A stretch of 64,000 bases of DNA from Octopus sinensis (lineage: Eukaryota): NCBI RefSeq assembly GCF_006345805.1, contig NC_042997.1:117800001-117864000 (forward strand), read 5' to 3'. This document shows, piece after piece, positions 24,101 through 34,975 of the stretch (within the stretch, counting starts at the first letter, position 1; every line of letters begins with the position of its first letter). Below the pieces are notes generated by a model. The model was not told where the DNA came from. It made no database searches and saw only the letters and a program-made list of their open reading frames with translations. The translations under genes were made by a program, and so were the position numbers.

Positions 24101-25984
24101 AGTATGTACACGGATGTTACACATCCAGCGTTCCTTGTAAGCTTACGTGTGTCCTCGGCAGTTACAGCCCATGTTTCACTGTCATGTAGCATGGCTACCT
24201 TTTACTCTGAGCGAGAGGCCCTTTGTCACCAGCAGAGGTAGGAGCTCTCTGAACTTTGCCCAGGCTATTCTTATTCTAGCAGCTACACTTTCAGAGCATC
24301 CACCCCTGCTACTGATTTGGTCACCTAGTTGATGGAAGCTATCAACTACTTCTAGTTTTTCTCCCTGGAATGTGGCAGAAGTTGTTCTCTGCACATTTTC
24401 AGTGGTTATTGCTCCTGAGCATCTGCCACATACAAAAATTATCTTCCTAGTTATCCTTCCTCTGATATTGCTGCACCCCTTGTGTGTCCATAGCTTGCAC
24501 TGGGTACATCTTATAGAGTTTCTACTACGCCTTTTCTACAGATCAAGCATGGCTATCTACCTGAAAGGATTTGTAGTTTGTCTGCCTTCCTACTTATTAG
24601 GACTTTGGTTTTAGCTAGGTTGACTCTAAGGCCCATCAATTCTAATCCTTGTTTCCACGCCTGAAACTTCTCTAGTTCAGCAATTAGAGCAAGGTCATCA
24701 AGCATAGAGGAGCTCCTAGGGGGCATCCTGTCTTGAACTCCTGTTATTGCCTGGAGGACTATGATAAATAGGAGGAGGCTGGGGACTGAACCTTGGTGGA
24801 CCTCTACCCAGAATTCTTCACTGTACTCGTTGCCAACCCTCACTTTACTGACAGCGTCCCTGTGCAGGCTCGCACAGCTCTCACTAACCATTCATCTATC
24901 CCTAGTTTCCTCATTGACCATCAGATAAGGGATCGGGAGACCCTGTCAAAGAAAGCCAAGTACAGAGGTTTATCTTTGGCTAGGTATTTCTCCTGCAGCT
25001 GTCTTACCAGAAATGTAGCATCAGTGGTGCTTTTCCCTGGCATGATCCCGAACTGCATGTCATCTAAACTGACTCTCTCCCTCTCCGTGACTTTCATTAC
25101 CTGATCCAACAACTTGATATATCTGTAATTATTTGTGTCTAATGTGTCACCTTTACCTTTGTAGCAGTTGACTATAGTGCTGCTACACCAGTCATTGGGT
25201 ATGACTCCTTCATATATCACCTGGTTAACTATACGAGTGACTAGGCTATAGCCAACACCGCCAGATATTTTGAGCATCTCTGCAGTGATTCCTGATGGGC
25301 CAGGGGCTTTCCCTGTCTTCATACTCTTAATGCCTCTAAGCATGCTAACAGTTCTGCCATCTCACTGCCTTAATGTAAGAAATATAAACCATCTAGTGAA
25401 CCCAGATGCTGTTCACTCGAAGTTTTTTTTTTTTTTTTTCTTCTTAATACCTTAATACCTCAAAATACTCTCTACATTTGACTAAAGTATTTTTACTGAA
25501 CTATTCAACATTGACTCATTACAGCCGGTCAATGTTGCCCGTTTCTTTTATAATTGCAGAACGAAAAGTGTCGTCTTTTAACACAATGACTTGAAAAACC
25601 ATTTCTACTTCTGTGATTTGTAAATGACATTTTGTTTCGTCATACAGGAAGAATGATAATAATAATAATGTTCAGGGACAAACTTCTGTCACAGATTATT
25701 TTCCCGTCAGAAGAAGTAACAGACAGACAAAGAAATTTTTGGAGGTGAGCTTTAAAATTTTTTAAATTTCTTTCTTTTATCTTTTATTTGTTTCAGTCAT
25801 TAGATTGCACCACCTTGAAGAATTTTTTGGTAAATTGTAGGTGTAGGCACAGGTGTGGTTGTGTGGTAAGAAGCTTACTTTCCAACCACATGGTTCCAGG
25901 TTCAGTCCTTCTGTGTGACACCTTGGGCAGACCAAAGCCATGTGAGTGGATTTGGTAGACGGAAACTGAAAGATGCCTGTTGTA

Positions 25985-26015
<31 letters not shown>

Positions 26016-29000
26016 TTATATGTGTATAGGTTTGTGTCTGTTTGTTCCCGTAACTTAATGGTTTGACAATAGAGACTGATGGAATAAGTACTAGGCTTAC
26101 AAAGAATATGCCCTGATGGTCGATTTGTTCAACTAAATGTAGTGTTCCAGCATAGCCACAGTCAAATGACTGAAACACGCAAATGAATGTAATTATTTTT
26201 GCTTTTAAGCCGAGTATTTATTCCATCACTCTCTTTTGCCAGACTGCTAAGTTACAGGGAGCATAAACTCCATCAACAGCAGTTGTCAAGTGGTGCTGGG
26301 GGACAAACACACACAACAGGCTTCTTTCAGTTACTGTCTATCAAATCCATTCACAAGGTTTTGGTCAGTCTGAGGCAATAGTGGAAGACACTTGCCTAAG
26401 GTGCCGTGCAGTGGGACTGAGTCTGGAACTATGTGTTTGGGAAATAAGCTTCTTACCTCACAGCCAAGCCTGCACCTTTTGTGAGTAAGTGAGTTTTATA
26501 CATCATCATCATCGTTTAACGTCCGCTTTCCATGCTAGCATGGGTTGGACGATTTGACTGAGGGCTGGCGAACCAGGTGGCTGCACTAGGCTTCAATCTT
26601 GATCTGGCAGAGTTTCTACAGTTTGATGCCCTTCCTAACGCCAACCACTCCAAGAGTGTAGTGGGTGCTTTTACGTGCCACTGGCATGAGGCCAGTCAAG
26701 TGGTACTGGCAACGACCTCGCTCGAACCTTTTACACATGCCACCAGCACAGGTGCCAGTATGGCAATGCTGGTAACGATCACGCTCAAATGGTGTCTTTT
26801 ACCGGCTCAGAAGCCAGATAGCCGCTCTGGCAACGATCACGCTCAGATGGTACTCTTAACACCCTACTAGCATGGGGCTTGAGTGCAAGTAAGGCGATGC
26901 TGGTAACGATCACACTTGAATAGTGCCTTTTATGTGCCACTGGCACGGAAGCCAGTTAGCTGCTCTGTCAATGATCACACTCGTATGGTGCTCTTTGCAT
27001 GTCGCTAGCACAGACACCAGTCATCGAATTTGATTTTGATATTAATTGTGATTTCACTTGCCTCAACAGGTCTTTGCAAGCAGAGTTTTAGTGTCCAAAG
27101 AAGGAAAAGGTACGCATAGGTGGGCTGGTTACGCCCCTGGCACAGACTGCAATCCTTGAGGCTTTCTAAATATGCTATGCCTAACAAAAAAGCACATTAA
27201 TTTTTTTTTTGTTTTTTAATTGCATGACTTACCTGATGCGTCATTTCTCATGCAGCCCAAATCTCAACAAAGGTTGCCTATATATATAATAATAATGGTG
27301 GTGAGCTGGCAGAAACGTTAGCACACCGGTAGAAATGCTTAGCGGTATTTCATGTCTTTACATTCTGAGTTCAAATTCTGCTGAGGTCAACTTTGCCTTT
27401 CATCCTTTCAAGGTCGATAAATTAAGTACCAGTTGCATACTGGGGTCGACCTTATTGACTGGCTGCCTTCCCAAAATTTTCGGGCCTTGTGCCTAGAGTA
27501 GAAAAGTATATAGTGATTGTTGCAAGTGGCACGTGAAAAACAACATTCAAAAGTGGTTGTTGCCAGTGTCGCCTGACTGGCTCCTATGCAGGTAGCACAT
27601 AAAAAACACCTTTTGAGCGTGGTCGTTGCCAGAACTGCCTGACTGGCCCTCATGCCAGTGGCACATAAAAGCACCCACTACATTGTCGGAGTGGTTGATG
27701 TTAGGAAGGGCATCCAGCTGTAGAAACTTTGCGAGATCAGATTGAGCCAGGTGCAGCCTTCTGGCTCACCAGTGAAACCGTCCAACCCATGCCAGCATGG
27801 AAAGCGGACATGAAACGATGGTGATGATGATACATATATAAAATTTAAAAAAACATTTGCACCGAAAGCATATATATGTATGTACATATTTTAGTTTGGC
27901 TGCTTGTTTCTCTGGAGTCTGTCAGAGTTTCTGGTATTGGCCCCCAGGTGAGAAAAGCTGCTTTATATGACGAATCTGCCAGCTTGAAATAGCAGTCAAA
28001 TCTGCTTCAGACCACATCGTATATTCTATAAAGAGAATATTAACCCTTTCAAAGGTGGTCAGCTAGCAGAATCGTTAGCACGCTGGGCGAAATGCTTAGC
28101 GGGATTTTGTCTGCCACTACGTTCTGAGTTCAAATTCCGCCGAGGTCGACTTTGCCTTTCATCCTTTTGGGGTCAATTAAATAAGTACCAGTTACGCACT
28201 GGAGTCATTATAATCGACTTAATCTGTTTGTCTGTCCTTGTTTGTCCTCTCTGTGTCTAGCCCCTTGTGGGTAGTAAAGAAATAAATATTAACCCTTTCG
28301 TTACCAACCTGGCTCTGGCTCTGAGTAGAAATGTCTTGTTTTCATGAGTTTCTAATTAAAATCTTCCACCAAACCTGAGTCACAATTTATGTTCCCAACA
28401 CTAGCAGAATGATAACTAAGTTACTTTACTAAATTTCTTGTTATATTTCAAGTAATTGAAAGAAACACAGAGCATCTCAAAATACATACAGTAACGAAAG
28501 AGTTAAATGCTCATAACAAAACAGGCTGTTCACAACTTGAACAATTCTGGGCATAGGTCTGCTCTATCACGAGTGACATGAGGCTAAACAACAAACACAC
28601 ACACTCACCAGTTTTGTTTTTCCACTCTTCAATTTCCACACAATCTTCCACACTGCTTCTTTCTACCGAGTTCTCTCACAAAGAATTGACCAACCCAAGA
28701 CTAAATAAGACATTTACCCAAGATGCCATGCTGTGGCACTAAACCCCAAATCAAATGGTTACAAAGTACAGGCATGCCTGCACTTGAAATGATAGAACAG
28801 CTTCAGTTAACTAAACAATAATGTTAAAACCTAGAATCAGCTTTTACCTCGGTGTGTATTGTATTTTACAGTGGAAAAGATATCAAGATATTGAATCTGC
28901 TGTACTCAACAGGACAGAGGATGGTCTAAAGGTAATTCGCTTTTGTTTCTAAATTTAGAATTATTTTGTCTCGACTGTTCTCTAATTTAAAGTGTTGTGA

Positions 29001-32000
29001 TAACCATTTAACCCTTGTAATACTAACCCACCTGGGACTACCCCTAGATCTGTGACACAAACTGTTTTTATGTGATCTGAATTAAAACCTTCCTGCAAAA
29101 TTTCGCTCTTAATCTATGTTTCAAATATCATATTGTGACAATGAAGTTACTTTAATAAATTCTTTATTTTCAAAATTAATTAAAACACAAGTTGTGTAGT
29201 TTCATCAGAAATACGGTTGACAAAAGGGTTAAAACATTTTGTCAGCATTGAGCTTCCAGTCTTGAAGAACAACTACTGGCAAAATGACGTTCATATATCC
29301 ACTTCAATGTCTCTGACAGTCTTTTTTTGCACTCTTGATGGTGTTCACGTAAAAAGCACCATCCAAACGCAGTTGATGACATTCCTCACTGACTGGCTCC
29401 CGTGCTAGTGGCGCACCATCTGAACGTGGTCAATGTCAGTGCCCCCTGGCTGGCTCCTGTGCTGGTGGCACGTAGAAAGCACCATCCGAACCTGGTCAGT
29501 GCCAGTGGCATGTGAAAAGCACTCATTGGTTGGCGTTAGAAAGGGCATCCAGCTGTAGAAACCTTGCCAGCCAGATCAGATTGGAGCCTGGTGCAGCCCA
29601 CTGGCTTGCCAGACCTCAGTCAAACTGTTCAACCCATGCCAGCATGGAAAGCAGGCGTTAAACAAGATGATAATATTGATTACATTCTGTCTTTACGTTC
29701 AAATTCTGCCATGGTCGACTTTGCCTTTCATCCTTTCGGGGTCGATAAATTAAGTACCTGTTGTGTACTGGGGTCTAACTAATTGACTGGCCCCTCCCCA
29801 AAAATTTTGGGCCTTGTGCCTAGAGTAGAAAAGAATATTGGTTTCAGCCAACAATTTCAGGGGAGAGAGTAAGTCATGTTATACCAACCCCAGTATTTAA
29901 CTGGTATTTATTGACCTCAAAAGGTTGAAAGTCAAACCCTGTCAGTATTTGAACTCAGAACAGAAACACAGACAAAATACTGCTGAGCGTTTTGCCCAGC
30001 ATCCTAACAATTCTGCCAACTTGTTGCCTTGGTTATGATAATATAATGTTGAGACGAGCTAACAGAATTATTAGCATTTTGTCTGACTTTTTTTTTATGT
30101 TCTGAGTTAAAATGGTGCTGAAGTCGACAGTCGACTTCGTGTTTCATTTTATTCTGAATCAATAAAATAAGTCCTGAGGTTAATGTAATTGCTTTATCCC
30201 TCCCCTTGAAGTTGCAGGTCTTGTACCAAAATTAGAATTTTACCTAAGAGAGAAGTGAAATCTAACTGGGTATAACAAACAAAAGAAACCAGTTTCTCGG
30301 TATATAATAGTGTAACTTAAACAGTGACCATAGCCCTTAATTTCTTAACCTCTACTCACCCACCACCTACACTTCCTGTTTTTCTTATCCCCATTCACTT
30401 CTGTCATCTCTTAGGTTCCACCCTGACACCATACCACCAGTATTGTATCTCTTTTCAGTTCCACCCTGCTCACTCCCACCTTACGATTCCTTTAATAGAA
30501 GTACCCATGTCTAACTCTACAGCAAGAAACCTCTTTTGTTGTTGCCCCTTCTCTCATATGTTAACATCGCATCTCCTAGCATAAAGCTGCCCTTTGCCCC
30601 ATTCAGTCAAAGATCTCAGTGTTACTAGTGGTGATGCTATTAGAGAAACACCCAGTACACACTGTAATGCAGTTGGCATTAGGAAGGGCATTCATCCATC
30701 CATAGAAACCTTACTAAAACAGCCTTGGTCTATGATGCGATCCATGGACCCTTCAAATCATCTTAACCTATACCAACATGGACAAAAACAAGATACTGTG
30801 ATGTGGTGTTCTGTTCGTTAAAAACTGTATCAATGACAGTCAGGGATCATTTGTTGTCATTTGGGTTAGACTGGACTTACAGTGCCTCATTACAGTCCTT
30901 TTGCATCTGACACTCATGGCAACAAGAGAAAAACCAGCCAACTCTATTGTGCTTGATACAGTTTCTGTGCCTGGGTGTTCTTCCTATCACCAAACTACTT
31001 TACAGCATGGACTACATGCAGTTTATCACACTACCATTCATTTGATATACCTGGCACCTTACTGTACTCAAGAAAACCCATCCTACACAGCAGAAGTGTT
31101 AAGGCTGCTTTTCATGTGCCAATGATTTCACTTGGTTTGACAGGTCTTCACAAGCACAGCATATTGACCAAATGGGCCAGTTACGTGACACTGGCACCAG
31201 CCACAACTAATGATATCACTGCCTATATATATATATATATATATAAACAAACCATTGCTAGTTGTTAAACAGTGTGCTGGTTCACATGCATGCATGTATA
31301 TGTAACATGGGCTTCTTTCAGTTTCCCTCTACCAAATTCACTCAGAAGGCATTAGTCAGCCCAGGGCTATAACAAGGCACTTTTCCAAAGCACCACTCTG
31401 TGGGACTGAACCCAAGACCACATTGTTGCAAAGCAAGTTTCTTAACGAGACGGCCATGCCTGCATTTATATGCAAAAAATCTCAACTCCAAACTAGGAGC
31501 TAGTTGTTCAATATCTTATCCACTTGACCATTCACACCTCATATTAAAAATAATTTATGACATTTAATAGGCACAGGTATGGCTGTGTGGGTAAGAAGTT
31601 TGTTTTGCAACTATATGATTTTGAGTTCAATCTCACTGTGCAACACTTTAGTCATATGTTTTCAATTATTGTTCCTTGTGAGTAGTTTTGAGAGACAAAA
31701 GCTGGAAAAAACCTGCCACACTTGTACATGTGACAGTTGTAAACAAGCTTCACTTTTGTACAGGTAATGTCAATCCTTTCCAATTCTCTATGAAATATAT
31801 TCAACCAGGAGTAAATATTATCATGCAGAAGAGGGTTGGCAAATAGAAAGGCATCCATCTGTAGAAAACTGCCTTATTGAATTCCATCTGACTGATACAA
31901 GCATGGAAAAGTGGGTATTAAACTGATAATATGTATATGTGTGTTTGTATTTCTTTGTCTTACACACTGATTGTAAACAAGTATCACAACCATTCAGGCT

Positions 32001-33703
32001 GTGATGCATTTTCAGCCTTCCACGACAGTGTCTGCCTTCATGCTGTATTACCTTATTTGGAAAAGGATGAGGCGGCGAAATGCTTAGCGGTATTTCGTCT
32101 GCCATTATGTTCTGAGTTCAAATTCTGCCAAGGTCGACTTTGCCTTTCATCCTTTCAGGGTCGATTAAATAAGTACCAGTTACACACTGGGATCGATGTA
32201 ATCGGCTTAATCCGTTTGTCTGTCCTTGTTTGTCCCTTCTGTGTTTAGCCCCTTGTGGGTAGTGAAGAAATAGGTTGGTGAACAAAAGAGCATCCAGCCA
32301 TAGCAAATTTTCCTCGACAGATTTCACCCGACTCATACAAACATGGAGAAATGGACATTAAAACAAGGATACCTAGAACCAATGCAATTTCAAAAGTTAA
32401 AATTTGACTTATAGTGTCTTCCAGGTTATTAGTTTTCTTGTTGCCTAACATGTATACATAACTGTTTTCTCTTTTCTACTTTAGGTGGTTGATTTCAATG
32501 GTAAAGGGCGAGGTGTGATTGCCACCAGATCGTTCAAGAAAGGGGAATTTGTTGTAGAATATGCTGGAGATCTTATAAGTTATCCAGCAGCCAAAGATCG
32601 AGAACGTATTTATGCTTCGGACCCTGGTTTTGGCTGCTATATGTACTATTTTGTCTACAACAGCAAAAATTATTGGTAAGTCTGTTTAATATTTCGTTTG
32701 GTAGTTTTTTGCTAGTTTTTAATCAATAACTGTAATAGTTACCAATTCATCATCATCGTCATTGTTTAATGTCCGCCTTCCTGGCATGGGTGGGACGGTC
32801 GAGATTTTTATATCTGGATGTCCATCCTAATACCAGCCACTCAGCAGAGTGAACTTAGTGCTTGTTACGTGGCACAAGCACAGGCAAGGTCAATTTTGGC
32901 AAGCATTTTACAGCTGGATGCCAACCACTTGAGAGTGTGGACTGAGTGCTTTTAAGTGGCACCTGCTGCACTGACTGAGTCACCAAGTATTGCAAGACAA
33001 AAAAAAAAGCTTCATAAAAAAATGAGTCAACACCAGATTATTTACTTTGGAAATTAACTAGGGTATTTTCACTGAGACAATTGAGTATTTAAAAGGAAAA
33101 AGCTAATTAAAATACACTTTCTGCATTTTAAAGTTATGTTCATTATACTTGGTCTATCAAAACTGACTATATCTACCTAACTGTCTAACTAACTATCTAT
33201 CTATCTAACTATCTATCTATCTAACTATTTATCTGCCTGTCTATCTAACTGCCTGTCTATCTTACTGCCTTTCTATCTTGCTGCCTGTCTATCTGTCTGT
33301 GTAACTATGTCTATCTGTTTATCTATCTAACTGTCTGTCTAACTCCAAACCTTTACATTCTTCACTCCTCATAAAAGTTAGCGAAATCTCCTATTGTAGA
33401 CTTCAGAATTGCTTCTAGTTTCCTTCTTCCATTTGATGATTTTATTTAATATCTATTTCTCTTTACCTTTTTTTTTTTTTGTTTTCCTGCAGTGTTGACG
33501 CTACTGATGAAAGTGGACGTTTAGGTCGGCTGATTAACCACAGTCGCTCAGGAAACTGCCGGACTAAGCTGATTGGTATCAAAGGCCGTCCTTATTTAAT
33601 TTTGGTTGCATCACGGAATATAAACAATGGTGAGGAGCTTCTCTACGACTACGGTGACCGGAGCAAAGCATCCATAGCTGCCCATCCCTGGCTACGGGAT
33701 TGA
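6302..33703 (+). CDS. KMT5A: Spliced gene model: histone-lysine N-methyltransferase KMT5A/SETD8/PR-Set7 (H4K20me1), 6 coding exons, 292 aa
   Basis: Exons 6302-6311, 18877-19186, 25648-25744, 28872-28931, 32485-32675 and 33493-33703 all have GT-AG boundaries and matching phases (1,2,0,0,2). They total 879 nt = 292 aa + stop. The C-terminal half matches SET8-family motifs: GKGRGV, EYAGDLI, GCYMYYF, RLGRLINHS, ELLYDYGDRS and terminal HPWL. The choice of first exon is the least certain part. Confidence 0.9.
6546..8190. repeat. Microsatellite-derived minisatellite, 24-28-bp unit, roughly 60 copies
   Basis: Recurring (TA)nTTTGATTGTGTGTA(TG/TA) unit. Confidence 0.95.
8951..9004 (+). other. Candidate alternative first or cassette exon of KMT5A
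   Basis: TTTGTGTCAG| ... AAC|GTAAGT. 54 nt, open in phase 1/1. Internal CCAA-ATG-G at 8989 gives MAVNE + C, in frame with exon 18877. Confidence 0.3.
11657..12003 (+). mobile_element. RTE 3'-end element (3' UTR with (GAT)n tail)
   Basis: Reverse-complement match to the 3' end of the RTE copy at 38971-39430. Ends GGAAAACAGACGTTAAACGATGATGATG. Confidence 0.85.
12880..13250. mobile_element. Two related Penelope-like terminal-repeat fragments in opposite orientation, each with a variant hammerhead motif
   Basis: Plus 12911-12948 and minus 13198-13164 share GAAGAGC..GCTCGAAA and the downstream TCCTGAGCG...TAATAC...TTTGTT block. Confidence 0.55.
13255..14698 (-). mobile_element. RTE-clade LINE, 5'-truncated, decayed (KMT5A intron 1, antisense)
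   Basis: Frames KGLRVNLAKT...WPCLICRKG...; GEKLVVVDSFRQLGDQV...AWAKFRELLPLL...YDACVQTAMLNGSETWA; GRPKKAWDEVVKHDL. Followed by a subrepeat-rich 3' UTR and the family 3' terminus. Confidence 0.92.
15660..16122 (+). mobile_element. RTE 3'-end element
   Basis: GTGGCACATAAAAAGCACC subrepeats, TAGGAAGGGCATCCAGCTGTAGAAAC core and (GAT)n tail. Confidence 0.85.
17539..17888 (-). mobile_element. Non-autonomous Helitron, second family, 5'-truncated
   Basis: Minus-strand end CCCGAGCAACGCCAGGCGATACTG-CTAG|T; the body matches 57050-57374. Confidence 0.82.
18877..19186 (+). CDS. KMT5A: KMT5A exon 2: disordered Ser/Pro-rich N-terminal region with basic NLS-like patch
   Basis: Acceptor TTTTCTTTTCACTGTAG| and donor AA|GTAAGT. 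Open frame RNIENGECQPNQEHTPPSALLTPDSSP...RKKKGRTKKRR...TRQ. The phase-2 end fits exon 25648. Confidence 0.82.
20521..20720. mobile_element. piggyBac-like MITE, second family
   Basis: TTAA|TCCTTTAGCATT ... AATGCTAAAAGG|TTAA. A related copy at about 60960-61563 is split by the HINE. Confidence 0.72.
21150..21753. mobile_element. piggyBac-like MITE interrupted by a roughly 400-bp foldback insertion
   Basis: 21150-21260 and 21662-21753 are colinear with 28293-28502; the insert contains 140-bp inverted arms. Confidence 0.75.
23598..25345 (-). mobile_element. RTE-clade LINE fragment with reverse-transcriptase domain, multiple deletions and frameshifts (KMT5A intron 2, antisense)
   Basis: KTGKAPGPSGITAEMLK...YKGKGD...MQFGIMPGKSTTDATFLVRQLQEKY...VHQGSV..LLF...DDLALIAE...GLRVNLAKTK...GRGRPRKTWDEVVK. 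Confidence 0.95.
25648..25744 (+). CDS. KMT5A: KMT5A exon 3 containing the PIP degron
   Basis: Acceptor TTTGTTTCGTCATACAG| and donor GAG|GTGAGC. Encodes (K)KNDNNNNVQGQTSVTDYFPVRRSNRQTKKFLE, matching the SET8 motif TDFYPVRRS. Missed by the ORF track. Confidence 0.93.
25846..26185 (+). mobile_element. tRNA-derived SINE family A, full length, 100 bp downstream of KMT5A exon 3
   Basis: tRNA-like head GGCACAGGTGTGGTTGTGTGGTAAGAAG...GGTTCAGTCC, body, (TG/TA)n, then a tail ending CAGTCAAATGACTGAAACA. Confidence 0.85.
26503..27110 (-). mobile_element. RTE 3'-end element
   Basis: Near-colinear with 13255-13770; (CAT)n tail at 26503. Confidence 0.85.
27520..27830 (+). mobile_element. RTE 3'-end element
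   Basis: Same core and tail as the other copies, opposite orientation to 26503-27110. Confidence 0.8.
28051..28284 (+). mobile_element. tRNA-derived SINE family B with 15-bp target-site duplication
   Basis: A-box-like TAGCAGAATCGTTAGC, B-box GAGTTCAAATTCC and core GGTCGACTTTGCCTTTCATCCTTT. Flanked by AATATTAACCCTTTC at 28036-28050 and 28285-28299. Other copies: 16352-16545(-), 27296-27510(+), 29680-29835(+), 32050-32273(+), 54698-54900(-). Confidence 0.9.
28293..28502. mobile_element. piggyBac-like MITE
   Basis: TTAA|CCCTTTCGTTAC ... GTAACGAAAGAG|TTAA. A split copy of the same family lies at 21150-21753. Confidence 0.8.
28872..28931 (+). CDS. KMT5A: KMT5A exon 4 (pre-SET helix, 20 aa)
   Basis: Acceptor GTATTTTACAG| and donor AAG|GTAATT. 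60 nt, phase 0/0. WKRYQDIESAVLNRTEDGLK aligns with the SET8 segment ending EEGMK that precedes the SET domain. Confidence 0.88.
29012..29228. mobile_element. piggyBac-like MITE, third family, 80 bp downstream of KMT5A exon 4
   Basis: TTAA|CCCTT ... AAGGG|TTAA. Confidence 0.65.
29330..29670 (+). mobile_element. RTE 3'-end element
   Basis: Subrepeats plus CCAGCTGTAGAAACC...GCATGGAAAGCAGGCGTTAAAC terminus. Confidence 0.8.
32485..32675 (+). CDS. KMT5A: KMT5A exon 5 (N-terminal half of SET domain)
   Basis: Acceptor CTTTTCTACTTTAG| and donor TG|GTAAGT. VVDFNGKGRGVIATRSFKKGEFVVEYAGDLI...GCYMYYFVYNSKNY. Confidence 0.97.
33168..33345. repeat. (CTAT)/(CTGT)/(CTAA) tetranucleotide microsatellite in KMT5A intron 5
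   Basis: Directly visible. Confidence 0.9.
33493..33703 (+). CDS. KMT5A: KMT5A exon 6 (C-terminal half of SET domain, stop TGA)
   Basis: Acceptor poly-T...CCTGCAG|. TG+T = Cys, then VDATDESGRLGRLINHSRSGNC...GEELLYDYGDRSKASIAAHPWLRD*. Confidence 0.97.
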
Positions 33704-34034
33704 TTGTACTTCATCCTAGTTCCATCAATCTCCTACCTCACTTATCGACTTATTAAGTGTCTGATTCAAAAGTAAATACCATATTGCGACTGTACATACC
33801 TACCACAAGCCAACTTCAACTTGCTCTGTTTTAAGGGCTGAAATTTTTTTTCTTTTTTTTTTTCTTTCTTTTTTTTCTTTTGGAAAGTTGTATATTTTAC
33901 TCTGTTACTTCTAAGAAGTGCCATTCCTGTTTCATGACAGTGTTTTCCCAATTGCTTCTCACATAGAAAACATCTATAGATTGTTCCTTCTTTCCTATTT
34001 TTTTTTTTTTAATCTTTTTCTAAATACCTGTTTA

Positions 34035-34040
34035 AATAAA
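34035..34040 (+). terminator. Candidate polyadenylation signal for KMT5A
   Basis: First AATAAA after the stop codon (about 330 nt downstream), followed about 30 nt later by a long GT-rich tract that could act as a downstream element. Confidence 0.5.
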
Positions 34041-34069
34041 CTTCTGTAACCTGAATCAGTACATTGAAT

Positions 34070-34213
34070 GTGTGTGTGTGTATGTATGTATATATATATA
34101 TATGTGTATGTATGTATATATATATGTGTATGTATATACATATATATATGTGTGTATGTATGTATATATGTGTGTATGTATATGTGTGTATGTATGTGTA
34201 TGTTTGTATGTAC

Positions 34214-34250
<37 letters not shown>

Positions 34251-34317
34251 TGTATGTATATATGTATGTGTGTATGTATGTGTGTATATATGTATGTATA
34301 TATGTATGTATATATGT

Positions 34318-34351
<34 letters not shown>

Positions 34352-34975
34352 GTATATATATATGTGTGTGTGTATGTATGTATATATATATGTGTGTGTA
34401 TATGTATGTATATATATATGTGTGTGTATATGTATGTATATATATATATGTGTGTATATGTATGTATATATATGTGTGTATATATGTATGTATATATATG
34501 TGTGTATATATGTATGTATATGTGTGATGAAGTTTGTACACTAGGTTATTTCCTCGTATCATCACCAATCTGTCTGGGATAATGATTTTAATGATTATAT
34601 TTATTTTTCTGTGTTGGTATTCTCTGTTGTTTCCTCATACCTAAAGGGTTTGCAATGTCAACTGCATGAGACTTTTAGATATAAGGAAATCATGCAGGTT
34701 TTTACCAACAAACAACTGTTACAAGACATACAGACCAAGCACACTAACACAAGTGAGTATTGAGACCTTAGCATTTTCACGCAGAAATGTACAGTCTAAT
34801 GTACATGTGTGTGTGTGTATATGTGTATGTGTATGTATATATATGTACATGTGTATATATGTATCTGTACATCTGTATATATATGTACATGTGTATATAT
34901 GTATATATATATATGTACATGTGTATATATGTATGTATATGTGTATGTATGTATGTATACATACACACATACATA
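34070..34975. repeat. TA/TG/TATG microsatellite arrays (34070-34525 and 34800-34975)
   Basis: Directly visible. Confidence 0.95.
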
